From Octopus sinensis (lineage: Eukaryota): a DNA stretch of 64,000 nucleotides. The translations under genes and the position numbers were made by a program. The notes below the pieces were generated by a model. The model saw only the letters and a list, made by a program, of their open reading frames with translations. It did no database searches and was not told where the DNA came from. The stretch lies in the NCBI RefSeq assembly GCF_006345805.1, contig NW_021833118.1:19155-83154 (forward strand), written 5' to 3'. Below, piece after piece: positions 12,604-25,752 of this stretch. How positions within the stretch are numbered: the stretch's first letter is position 1; every line of letters begins with the position of its first letter.

Positions 12604-12861
12604 TTAAATCAGTAAATGAATCGTAGACTAAAAGGTCAGATAGATAGCATATAACAGATGTTTTAGAAATAGCGTTAAATTGGGTAAGAGAGTGAGTGAA
12701 TGAGAGAGAGGGAGAAGGAGAGACAGACAGACAGACAGGGAGAGACAGACAGACAGGGAGAGACAGACAGACAGGGAGAGACAGGGTGAGAGAGACAAAA
12801 AGAGACAGACAGAGAAGGCAGACAGAAGAGACAGACAGGCATACAGACAGACAAATAATGA

Positions 12862-12930
<69 letters not shown>

Positions 12931-12953
12931 TAGACAGATATATAGATAGATAG

Positions 12954-12992
<39 letters not shown>
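12300..12992. repeat. Compound (GA)n/(GACA)n/(GATA)n microsatellite with an internal direct duplication (mirror 27783-28465)
   Basis: AACTTAAATCAG..GACTAAAAGGTCAGATA..TTCTAGAAATA unit at ~12341 and ~12601. Confidence 0.9.
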
Positions 12993-12993
<1 letters not shown>

Positions 12994-14189
12994 TAAAATA
13001 AAAAAGATATACGCTTTATAAATGGATTGTTTTCTGTAATCTTTGTATTCTATTCGCCCCGTCGACGGCGGGTTATCGTAAATATTTTATGATTCATCTT
13101 AACTTCCACAGAAATTGAAGAGTAATATGATGCTTTTTAAGCTGCTAACTTGTAATTCTCAGTGCATTACTTTTCCTTTTAATGATAATCATTGTAGAGG
13201 CGCATAACTATATTATTGTAGTCACTAATATTGAATCTACAAGTTTCTATGGTGATTAAAACAACTGCATCCCATCATAAATTTAATTATTAGTCTTAGT
13301 GGCTGAACTACAAGAAAGCGCTCAAATAACTTACCTTCCCACACCATTGAACAGCGGTATTTTCTGCTTTCAACTTCATTCCTCCCAGCATTTTTCATCT
13401 TATTACAACAACTTCATACAAAGTTCCATTATTTAAAAATTGTAACTAATTCTCAAGTACCGAAAGGGGAAATCTGCGATCACTGTAAATTTGGGAAAAT
13501 CTTAAAAATATATATTTGTATTATTATGCAGACCGTCATTTGTTGTTTGTACCAAAACACAATACACATTATTGTATTGAAAACACGACTGTGTTCTAGT
13601 TTCATTTTTTGTAGAGAGACTATTATTTTTAATATTTTCGTATAAAATACATGTTGCTCGTATGAAAAAAGTAAATACCCCAAATCCACCATAAAAGTTT
13701 CCATATCTTACATTCATAGTCTCATTTACATCTTGAGTTAAGGCTGGTACACAACACATTGGCGATTATTCATATTAGGATGGATACTATGGTAATGTAA
13801 ATATTATCACCCGTAGTGATAATTTTAGTGTTGGATTTATATGTTATCAGTCAAGTATTCTTATGTTGCTTGTCATGCATGTACATGGCATGCAAGACCA
13901 GTTTGGCATTGTGCTGTTAAGAAGAATGATTCCATAATTTCTCCAAATGCAAATATATTAAAACGCGTTCATAAAAGAGAAAGGAGAAAAGAAAAAAGAT
14001 GTATTTTGAACACTAATGTGTTCTGAAAATCGCGTTGAAAACGATAAAGCTTTTCCTCAATTTGAACAATGACAAATATATATTTTTATACATGAATTTT
14101 TGTAATACCCGTTGCGAGTTCCTGATATATTAATAATCTGATTTTCATTTCTGTTTTATAATACTAAAAACTATATATATATACCATGT

Positions 14190-14220
<31 letters not shown>

Positions 14221-14798
14221 GTATGTATGTATGTATGTATATATGAATATATATATATAGGTGTTAAATGACCACCTAAGGATATTAAATATTCAAAGAA
14301 TTTACTGTCTTTTTGCCGATATAAATAACAATGTTATGACCTATTGCTCTTAACAAATAGGTAAATAAATAAATAAAATAAACATACAGAAATATATATT
14401 AGAAATGGAAACCAAAATAATAAATTCAACAATAAAATAATTCAATCTTTAAATGATAAATTCAGTTCAATTTTATTTTGTGATACAAACAAATAACTCA
14501 TGTAGTAAATTAGCTGATGCCACACCATTGATAAAAGCAAGTTTTTCAAGAATAATGAAACATCGTTTGAAATATAATGAGATTTCATCAGATAGATATA
14601 TCTTCTTAAATGCCTTACGAAAAATAGCGCATGAAAATTTTTCTAACTGCTAACGCTTTTAAAAAAAAAAAACCTTTTAAAGAGCGAGTCCAATCGTAAA
14701 TAAATAATCTAACTGAAAGTTCGTAAATTCCTAAATTTAAATCTATTAGTATCTAGTTCTATAACCGATTTTGTTGCATAATACATACATTCATATAG

Positions 14799-14840
<42 letters not shown>

Positions 14841-15231
14841 GCACAAATACGTACACCACTCTATTTTTGTATATATACATACACATACACGTACGTCTAC
14901 ATACATGCATATTCATATGTACAAGTTTACTTATTCATACACACACACACTCATATATATATACATACATACATACATACATACATACATACACACACAC
15001 ACAGACGCACATATATATATATATATATATTATTTTAAGCAGCAGAAAATTCAACAAAATCTGTTACTCTGAGTTTCTCGTTGCCGTTCATCAGACAGAT
15101 GAACGGCAACGAGAAACTCAGAGTAACAGATTTTGCTGAATTTTCTGCTGCTTAAAATAAAGCATATTACTCTACCACTGGTATTTGAGTACTCTTTTTT
15201 CCACCTTGTTTCACATTTATGTGTTTACTCC

Positions 15232-15275
<44 letters not shown>

Positions 15276-15844
15276 ATTATATATATATATATTTAAATGT
15301 ATACATATGCAAGTCCATACACACATGTATATATATTTATGGTAAAACATTAGTTTATATTTTAATTCAAATCTAAATAAAGAGATTTATAATATAAATT
15401 AAACTTACAACTTATTCAAGTCATACTTTAAAGTAAATAGAGGGGAAATAACTATTTTTCCATTTTCAGAAACAAAACGAACGAAATTAACATTTTTACA
15501 TATGATGTTTTGTAATACTTATTATGATTTGTTGTTAAATAAAATATTTACATTTTAATATTACTTGTTAGTTTTTATTACTGAAATAAACAGTTTACAT
15601 TTGTGTCTCAAGTCCCAGATATGGTTAACTTATCTTGTGGTTTTTCTCTTATCCATATGCCGGAAGGACGTATGCACGCTACGCACCATAAGATCATCGT
15701 GGAACGATTCATTCCATGCGTTAATAGACAAAGGAAATGCAGACTTTGTTTAGCCGAAAGATCTATCCTTTTTAGATCTGAGATATTTATTAAAAATTCA
15801 CAAGTTTCTTTTGTTGAACGGGAGGACACCATCCTCTTCGGTTT

Positions 15845-16257
15845 AAGCATACAGTCTCACAAACTATGACTTTCTCCCTGTTACATTAATTTATACACAA
15901 ACCGTTTTAGAATTGATTCGAATGGGCACAAAGGACGCAACTTTTAAATTTCTGGGGTTTTTTTCTCATCCACTTTTATTTGACCCTCTCCCTCTAGTCG
16001 TTTCTCATGTTCTTTCTGTTTTCATCAGATCTATAAGAGATTAGGGTGGGATACCAATCAGGAGTTCAGATTGCCGAGGAAGATTATATGAGCGTTTAAC
16101 GGCCTTTCGTGTGCAAAAAATGACCTTGAATTTTAAATGGACATTCACTTCCTTCATCAGCTTGATTGCACCCCTTTTGCTTACTCGAATAAATTATTAT
16201 ATGGTTTGTGTAAATTGCTTCACAGGGAGAAGCTAAAGTTTGTGAGACTGCATACTT
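15845..16257. mobile_element. MITE-like element with ~100 bp imperfect inverted termini (mirror ~24733-25150)
   Basis: CAGTCTCACAAACT..TTCTCCCTGT at 15852 is inverted relative to ACAGGGAGAAG..AGTTTGTGAGACTG at 16222-16250. Confidence 0.55.
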
Positions 16258-16429
16258 AATTCAGAGAGGGTGGTATTCTCCAGTTCAACAAAATAAATTT
16301 GTCCATGTTTACATTTACTAAAAATCTCAGATCTGGAATTCTTGTCTCAATTACGAAAGTACATATAAACTCTTTATACTTATGCATGCATACATGTGTG
16401 TGTGTGTGTGTTTGTAGAAAACAAAAACG

Positions 16430-16590
16430 AAGGATTGGCTGTGTTGTAAGTAGCTTGCTTACCAACCACATAGTTCCAGGTTCAGTCCCACTGCGTGGCA
16501 CCTTGGGCAAGTGTCTTCTACTATAGCCTCGGGCCGACCAAGGCCTTGTGAGTGGATTTGGTAGACGGAAAGTGAAAGAAGGCCGTCGTA

Positions 16591-16673
<83 letters not shown>

Positions 16674-16900
16674 GTGTGTGTGTGAGTTTTTGTATGTTTG
16701 TGTGTCTGTGTTTGTCCCCCCAACATCGCTTAGCAACCGATGCTGGTGTGTTTACGTCCCCGTAACTTAGCGGTTCGGCAAAACAGACCGATTGAATAAG
16801 TACTAGGCTTTCAAAGAATAAGTCCTGGGGTCGATTTGCTCGACTAAAGGCGGTGCTCCAGCATGGCCACAGTCACATGACTGAAACAAATAAAAGAGTA
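16430..16900 (+). mobile_element. tRNA-related SINE with central (TA)n/(GT)n; copies ~24150-24553 (minus) and ~54950-55360
   Basis: GTAAGTAGCTTGCTTACCAACCAC..GGTTCAGTCCCACTGCGTG..CCTTGGGCAAGTGTCTTCTACTATAGCC shared by three copies. Confidence 0.85.
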
Positions 16901-17339
16901 AATATTTCGTTTACATAATATTTAGTATAATGTAGTTTAGTATAATATATGATATTTGCCATATTATGCGATATAAGTAAAATTAAATAGAAAAAAGCTG
17001 GAAAAATCAGAAACATCGAAAACGAAACAGTGTATATGTATGAATAAATGAGTAAATAAGAAAATAAAAAATATATCATGAGGAGAATAACGGTGGTGAT
17101 GCAGGAAGATAGAAAGAGAGTATATAAAGAAGCAATAAAGGTTGTATTTAAATATGTTTATGGGTAACAGTTTGGGCAGCAATAATAACGGTGCTTGAAG
17201 AAAGAAAATGAAAAGACTCGTAATAATAGTTAGAATTCATGAAATAACAGTAAAAATAATAATAATGTTGATGATGATGATGATGATGACGATGCCGATG
17301 ATGATGATAACGATAATAATAATAATAATAATAATAATA

Positions 17340-17413
<74 letters not shown>

Positions 17414-17872
17414 TTATATTATTATTATTATTATATTATTATTATTATCATTATTATTATTATTATTATTATCATATTGACAAATTATATAAATATAAGG
17501 ACCTGAAAATTGAAATACAAAAGATATGACATCCTAAAGCGAGAAGTGTTCCTGTTATTGTGGGTGCTTTTACCTCCCTAAGATTTCAGTCATACTATAA
17601 CATCTCTTATCCTTCGCTTGCCCTAGATCGCTGGGTGCGTTCTCGGCAAGTGATTGTAACAAACATGCAGATTAAAAGTAGAGTATTGCTCATATACTAC
17701 GGAAAGCACTCTCCATCTAAAGTGAAATAAATATGGTGGTAATTTTAGCATGCATAGCAAAACAAAAGTGCCCTTGCTACTCTTGGCCTCCGGAGGCTGC
17801 ACAGAACTAATGCAGCTGAAATAAAGTTATAATGGAAAGAAACTATAAATGATGATGATGATGATGATAACG

Positions 17873-17934
<62 letters not shown>

Positions 17935-17964
17935 GATGATGATGATGACGATGATAATGATGAC

Positions 17965-18013
<49 letters not shown>

Positions 18014-19131
18014 TTGATAATGATGATGACGATGATGATGATATAAACAAGTTTTTATGCATAGCTGAATAAAAGAATGCTTGGAGATGTTCACAGTTTT
18101 ATCAGTAAACAATACATTTGTATGTCACATCATGAAACTCTGAGTTTTCGTGGACATCTTTGTCTATTTACCCTAAATAAGACACAGCTATATCGTATTA
18201 CACAGTAAGACGACGAGTCGGTTGAATCGTTCTTACGCACAGCAAAATGCTTAGCAACATTTTGTCTGTCTTTACGTTCTGAGTTCAAATTCCGTCGAGG
18301 TTGAGTTGCTGTTCATCTTTTCGGAGTCGATAAAGCGAGTACCAATTGAGTACTGAGGTCGATGTTATCGAGTTACTCATTCCCCCGAAATTGCTGGCCT
18401 CGTGCCAAAGTTTGAAACAAATATCACATTACACAGAGGATATAAATTATGCGTCTATCCATTTTGATAACATAAGAGACTATTAATAGATGCAAAAAAA
18501 TATGTTATATTCACCTATCATTTTTATGTTTATTTATATAATTGTTTCATCCAGTCAAATGGATTTTATACAAAAACCTGATGAGTCGATGATTAATCGA
18601 TATCGCTGCAATGTGTTGTTACACATCTTTGGCTACCTTCGGTCATCGCTGACCATGGGTATCACGTCCGTCCATTTATTGTCCAGGTTGGGCCCCTCGA
18701 CTTGAGCCATGGAGACCAATGCGAGAATGGCAGTCTCGGTCGCATCTGTATGTAGATTCCGGTCTGTCGGCTTTCGATCCCTTACATCGGGCTCGCTTTT
18801 CTGCAGCTACAGCTGACAGCATCACTTCACCGATCCGTAGCTGTTTGAGAAGTGTGCTTTTTTACCTAGCGTGGTCTGCTGTCAGGTCCTCCCAGGAGTT
18901 GATGTCGATGTTGAGCGCCTCCCTGTCCCAAAATAACTCCTTATACTGAAGTCTAATATTTCCCTCCATTTAACTATATCACATCATCTCTGCTGAAGGA
19001 ATGTTCCTAATATCCCAGAAACAGCTGTAAAACTAAATTTCTCTTTATAGATATCCTGAAAATTCCACACAAGCTTGGCTTTGCTGTCTAATTTTATTTA
19101 ACACACACACACATACACACACACACACATG

Positions 19132-19186
<55 letters not shown>

Positions 19187-19571
19187 ATTTATGTATCTAT
19201 CTATCTATCTATCTATATATATATATATACATGTGTGTGTATTCGGTATTGCTGGTCAATTTGTAGTAAACAACAAAATATCTACTAATGATGTACCTCC
19301 TTGAGTAAATGTTATTTTTATTACTGAGCTGATCGAGGCACAAGTTTCGCCGTCATGGCTTGGTTAACCAGTTGCCATGGTAATCGCGTTGTTTCAGCTG
19401 AGATAGCACTAGCTGGAGTAAAAGAATGAGTAATTTCCCTTGAATTATTATCTATGCGGTGTGAGCGAGTTATTTCCTCCTTGTTGATTACGATGTCGAA
19501 ATTTAGATTTTACTTTAAATTACAATTGTCAGAGTGTGTGTGTGTGTGGTCACATACATACATACATATTA

Positions 19572-19621
<50 letters not shown>

Positions 19622-19622
19622 G

Positions 19623-19678
<56 letters not shown>

Positions 19679-19764
19679 TAAATAAGGGTAGAAATTGATA
19701 TTAATCAATTAAAACCAGTGGCCTAGCATATTTTTTAAAAATCCGAAGATTAAAAGTTTCTTAC

Positions 19765-19978
19765 ATACAAAATTTATAGGACTGATCACTAAAAGTGGAC
19801 AGTCTATGTGCTAGATATAGACGTCAAAATCGCTATTTTCCACGAAGAATGTGTTCTCAAGAAAAGCTCTTTTTGATGAGTTTTTTCTTGAGAACACATT
19901 CTTCGTGGAAAATAGCGATTTTGACGTCTATATCTAGCATATAGACTGTCCACTTTTAGTGATCACTCCTATAAATTT

Positions 19979-19983
<5 letters not shown>
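19765..19983. repeat. Near-perfect hairpin, ~100 bp arms (probable fold-back MITE)
   Basis: ATACAAAATTTATAGG..GTGTTCTCAAGAAAA is inverted relative to TTTTCTTGAGAACAC..CCTATAAATTTTGTAT; next to (TA)n. Confidence 0.92.
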
Positions 19984-20040
<57 letters not shown>

Positions 20041-20287
20041 TATAGTTCGGATAAAAGCATAAAAATAATGTTACATTAATCTGATGCGTCACGCTATACT
20101 TTTGTAGGGTATAAATATCATTATCCTTAAACAAGAATGTTGTTGACAGTGACTTCGAAGCTTCGGCCAGCGAATACATATTTACAGGGACAATGGAGTG
20201 AACAATTCGTTTTATTACATAACTTTGCAATTGTTTTCAACGATATTTTATTACAATAGTATTGCTGTATTATTATTGTATAATATG

Positions 20288-21865
20288 TGTAACAGTCGCT
20301 TATTTCGCCCTTGTTCTTGTACAGAGTAACAATCTTTTCATCTCTCATGTCTTGCGGTACAGCTCCCTCTCTCCTGCATTGGCAGAGGACTTTGTGCAAA
20401 GAGCGCGGTAGGGTAATCTTGCAGCGCTTGATGAGATGTGGTGGGATGCTGTCGCTGCCTTGAGCTTTGCCCGCAACTAGGCTGTCGATGGTCTTGCTGA
20501 GCTGATGAATACATGTTGCATTCATCGACCTCACCAAGGCTTTCGATCTTGTCAGCAGAGACGGCTTCTTCAAGGCGATCCATATGATTGGCTGTCCTCC
20601 AACACTGCACAGCTTAATCGAGTTCTTTCACTCAAACATGTAGGGGACTGAGCAGTTCAACGGCAACCTCTCTGAGCCCTTCGACATACGCAACGGAGCC
20701 AAGCAGGGCTGTGTGCTCGCCCCAAAGATCTTTGTGATCTTTTTCTCTCTCCTTCTGAGATGCGCATTCGGCACAGCACCAGAAGGGATCTACATGCGGA
20801 CCAGATCAGATGGCAGACCCTTCAATCTCGCCTGTCTAAAAGCGAGGACAAAGGTCTGTGAAGCTGTCATCAGAAACATTCTATTTGCTGACCACGCTGC
20901 AGTTACGGCCCACTCCCAACGGGAGCTGCAGCTGCTAATGGACCGCTTCTCTCAGGCCTGTAAGGATTTTGAGCTGACCATCAGCCTGAAGAATACAAAC
21001 GCCCTGGCGCAAGGCACACCAGCACAACCTGCCGTCACCATCAATGACTACGAACTTGAAGTTGTTCATCTGTTCACCTACCTTGAGTCCATAACTGACA
21101 ACCTCTCTTTCGATGCCGTGATTGACAAGAGAATTGGGAAGGCAAGCACTACGCTCACGCGCCTCACATCAAGAATGTGGACAAACCCACAGTTGACAGC
21201 GAAAACTAAGATGGCTGTGTACAACGCCTGTGTCCTCAGCACCCTGTTGTATGGCTGCGAGACATGGACCACATACATCGTCAGAAAAAAATAGCTGAAC
21301 AGCTTCCATCTCAGAAGCCTACGACGCATACTGGGCATCTCTTGCCAGGACGAGATGACCAACACCGACGTTCTGACTTGTGGTGGCTTCCCTTCCATGT
21401 ACACCTTGCTGAGACAACGTCGACTACGCTGGCTAGGCCATGTTCGCCGTATGGAGGACGGCCAAATCTCAAAAGACATTCTCTACAGAGAATTCGCAGC
21501 AGGACAGAGAAACAAGAGCCGCCCGCAGCTGAGGTACAAGAACGTGTGCAAGAGGGACAGGGAGGCGCTCAACATCGACATCAACTCCTGGGAGGACCTA
21601 GCAGCAGACCACACTAGGTAAAAAAGCACACTTCTCAAACAGTTACGGATCGGTGAAGTGAAGCTGTCAGCTGTAGCTGCAGAAAAGCGAGCCCGATGTA
21701 AGGGATCGAAAGCCGACAGACCGGAATCTACATACAGATGCGACCGAGACTGCCATTCTCGCATTGGTCTCCATGGCCACAAGAGGCGCTGCTCAAGCCC
21801 AGTGGCCCAACCTGGACAATAAATGGACGGACGTGATACCCATGGTCAGCGATGACCGAAGGTAT
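20288..21865 (+). mobile_element. RTE-clade LINE, 5'-truncated and decayed, with inverted 5' segment (~20288-20505 on minus)
   Basis: Plus strand: AFIDLTKAFDLVSRDG, KQGCVLAP, LFADHA, LLYGCETW, RRLRWLGHVRRMEDG. Minus strand: GKAQGSDSIP..GAVPQDMRDEKIVTLYKNKGEISDC. The 3' end is duplicated inverted at ~18635-18929. Confidence 0.92.
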
Positions 21866-22496
21866 CCAAAGATGTGTAACAACACGTTGCAGCGATACTA
21901 TTATGGTGATATCGATTAATCATCGACTCATCAGGTTTTTGTATAAAATCCATTTGACTGGATGAAACAATTAAATAAATAAACATAAAAATGATAGGTG
22001 AATATAACATATTTTTTTGCATCTATTAATAGTCTCTTATGTTATCAAAATGGATAGACGCATAATTTATATCCTCTGTGTAATGTGATATTTGTTTCAA
22101 ACTTTGGCACGAGGCCAGCAATTTCGGGGGAGTGAGTAACTCGATAATATCGACCTAAGTACTCAATTGGTACTCATTTTATCGACTCCGAAAAGATGAA
22201 CAGCAACTCGACCTCGACGGAATTTGAACTCAGAACGTAAAGACAGACAAAATGTTGCTAAGCATTTTGCTGTGCGTAAGAACGATTCAACCGACTCGTC
22301 GTCTTACTGTGTAATACGATATAGCTGTGTCTTATTTAGGGTAAATAGACAAAGATGTCCACGAAAATTTAGAGTTTCATGATGTGACATACAAAAGTAT
22401 TGTTTACTGATAAAACTGTGAACATCTCTAAGCATTCTTTTATTCAGCTATGCCTAAAAACCTGCTTATATCATCATCATCGTCATCATCATCATC

Positions 22497-22538
<42 letters not shown>

Positions 22539-22554
22539 CATCATCATCATCATC

Positions 22555-22611
<57 letters not shown>

Positions 22612-22639
22612 ATTATTATTATTATCATTATTATTATTA

Positions 22640-22670
<31 letters not shown>

Positions 22671-22964
22671 CATTATTATTATTATATTATTATTATTATT
22701 ATTATCATCATCATCTTCATCATCATTTATGGTTTCCTTCCATTAAAACTTTATTTCAGCTTCATTAGTTCTGTGCAACCTTCGGAGGCCAAGAGTAGCA
22801 AGGGCACTTTTGTTTTGCTATGCATGCTAAAATTACCACCATATATATTTCACTTTAGATGGAGAGTGCTTTCCGTAGTATATGAGCAATACCCATTATT
22901 ATTATTATTACTACTTTTTACTTTTAATCTGCATGTTTGTTACAATCACTTGCCGAGAACGCAC

Positions 22965-23295
22965 CCAGCGATCTAGGGCAAGCGAAGTATAAGAGATGTT
23001 ATAGTATGACTGAAATCTTAGGGAGGTAAAATGGCAGGGACAGTAGCGAAATATCTTCATGTAATACAACGCAAACATTTAAGTGGATAGGGTTTTTCTA
23101 AGGATGTGGATAGCACATGACAGCTCAATTTTTGGATTTCTCTGAGACATGGATCTTCTGGGATGTTATCTAGATGTTTCTGACATCCCTTTTTTTATCA
23201 TACCTAAAGCACCCACAATAACAGGAACAGTTCTCGCTTTAAGATGTCATATCTTTTGTATTTCAATTTTCAGGTCCTTATATTTATATAATTTG
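22965..23295 (-). mobile_element. Short 3' fragment of an R4/Dong-like LINE beside (AAT)n (deleted mirror copy ~17480-17630)
   Basis: Degenerate KYKDLKIEIQK...VPVIVGALGMIKKG, homologous to 42618-42857. Confidence 0.7.
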
Positions 23296-23350
23296 ACAAT
23301 ATGATAATAATAATAATAATAATGATAATAATAATAATAATATAATAATA

Positions 23351-23404
<54 letters not shown>

Positions 23405-23421
23405 ATGATAATAAAAATAAA

Positions 23422-23472
<51 letters not shown>

Positions 23473-23519
23473 TAATAATAATAATATATAATAATAATAA
23501 TGATAATAATAATAATATA

Positions 23520-23565
<46 letters not shown>

Positions 23566-23595
23566 TATTATTATTATAATGATAATAAAAATAAA

Positions 23596-23641
<46 letters not shown>

Positions 23642-23661
23642 TAATAATAATAATAATTATA

Positions 23662-23711
<50 letters not shown>

Positions 23712-24327
23712 CGATATCATCATCATCATCATCATCATCATCATCGTCATCATCATCATCATCAACATTATTATTATTTTAACCATTATTTCATGAATTC
23801 TAACTATTATTACGAGTCTTTTCATTTTCTTTCTTCAAGCACCGTTATTATTGCTGCCCAAACTGTTACCCATAAACATATTTAAATACAACCTTTATTG
23901 CTTCTTTATATACTCTCTTTCTATCTTCCTGCATCACCACCGTTATTCTCCTCATGATATATTTTTTCATTTTCTTATTTACTCATTTATTCATACATAT
24001 ACACTGTTTCGTTTTCGATGTTTCTGATTTTTCCAGCTTTTTTCTATTTAATTTTACTTATATCGCATAATATGGCAAATATCATATATTATACTAAACT
24101 ACATTATACTAAATATTATGTAAACGAACTCTTTACTCTTTTACTCTTTTATTTGTTTCAGTCATGTGACTGTGACCATGCTGGAGCACAGCCTTTAGTC
24201 GAGCAAAGGACTTATTCTTTGTAAGCCTAGTACTTATTCTATCGGTCTCTTTTGCCGAACCGCTAAGTTACGGGAACGTAAACACACCAGCATCGGTTGT
24301 TAAGCTATGTTGGGGGGGACAAACATA

Positions 24328-24382
<55 letters not shown>

Positions 24383-25716
24383 GTACATACATATATACGA
24401 CGGCCTTCTTTCAGTTTCCGTCTACCAAGTCCACTGACAAGGCCTTGGTCGGCCCGAGGCTATAGTAGAAGACACTTGCCCAAGGTGCCACGCAGTGGGA
24501 CTGAACCTGGAACCATGTAGTTGGTAAGCAAGCTACTTACCACACAGCCACTCCTTCGTTTTTGTTTTACTTTCTACAAACACAGACACACACACATGTA
24601 TGCATGCATAAGTATAAAGAGTTTATATGTACTTTCGTAATTGAGACAAGAATTCCAGATCTGAGATTTTTAGTAAATGTAAACATGGACAAATTTATTT
24701 TGTTGAACTGGAGAATACCACCCTCTCTGAATTAAGTATGCAGTCTCACAAACTTTAGCCTTCTCCCTGTGAAGCAATTTACACAAACCATATAATAATT
24801 TATTCGAGTAAGCAAAAGGGGTGCAATCAAGCTGATGAAGGAAGTGAATGTCCATTTAAAATTCAAGGTCATTTTTTGCACACGAAAGGCCCTGTTAAAC
24901 GCTCATATAATCTTCCTCGGCAATCTGAACTCCTGATTGGTATCCCACCCTAATCTCTTATAGATCTGATGAAAACAGAAGGAACATGAGAAACGACTAG
25001 AGGGAGAGGGTCAAATAAAAGTGGATGAGAAAAAAACCCCAGAAATTTAAAAGTTGCGTCCTTTGTGCCCATTCGAATCAATTCTAAAACGGTTTGTGTA
25101 TAAATTAATGTAACAGGGAGAAAGTCATAGTTTGTGAGACTGTATGCTTAAACCGAAGAGGATGGTGTCCTCCCGTTCAACAAAAGAAACTTGTGAATTT
25201 TTAATAAATATCTCAGATCTAAAAAGGATAGATCTTTCGGCTAAACAAAGTCTGCATTTCCTTTGTCTATTAACGCATGGAATGAATCGTTCCACGATGA
25301 TCTTAATGGTGCGTAGCGTGCATACGTCCTTCCGACATATGGATAAGAGAAAAACCACAAGATAAGTTAACCATATCTGGACTTGAGACACAAATGTAAA
25401 CTGTTTATTTCAGTAATAAAAACTAACAAGTAATATTAAAATGTAAATATTTTATTTAACAACAAATCATAATAAGTATTACAAAACATCATATGTAAAA
25501 ATGTTAATTTCGTTCTTCGTTTTGTTTCTAAAAATGGAAAAATAGTTATTTCCCCTATATTTACTTTAAAGTATGACTTGAATAAGTTGTAAGTTTAATT
25601 TATATTATAAATCTCTTTATTTAGATTTGAATTAAAATATAAACTAATGTTTTACCATAAATATATATACATGTGTGTATGGTATTGCATATGTATACAT
25701 GAAAATATAAATATAT

Positions 25717-25752
<36 letters not shown>

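Larger units (their letters stand above)
1..18929. repeat. Left arm of giant inverted segmental duplication (continues off window start)
   Basis: Reverse-complement matches to the right arm throughout: base 1 pairs with ~46479, 7205-7498 with 33286-33579, 11754-11942 with 28823-29011 and 13480-13759 with 27018-27297 (identical ORF-track peptides on opposite strands). The match ends at GCGCCTCCCTGTCCC 18929. Confidence 0.96.

Noticed and set aside
11754-14026. Short ORFs perfectly conserved on opposite strands
   Set aside because: Conservation merely reflects the inverted duplication; no coding signature.
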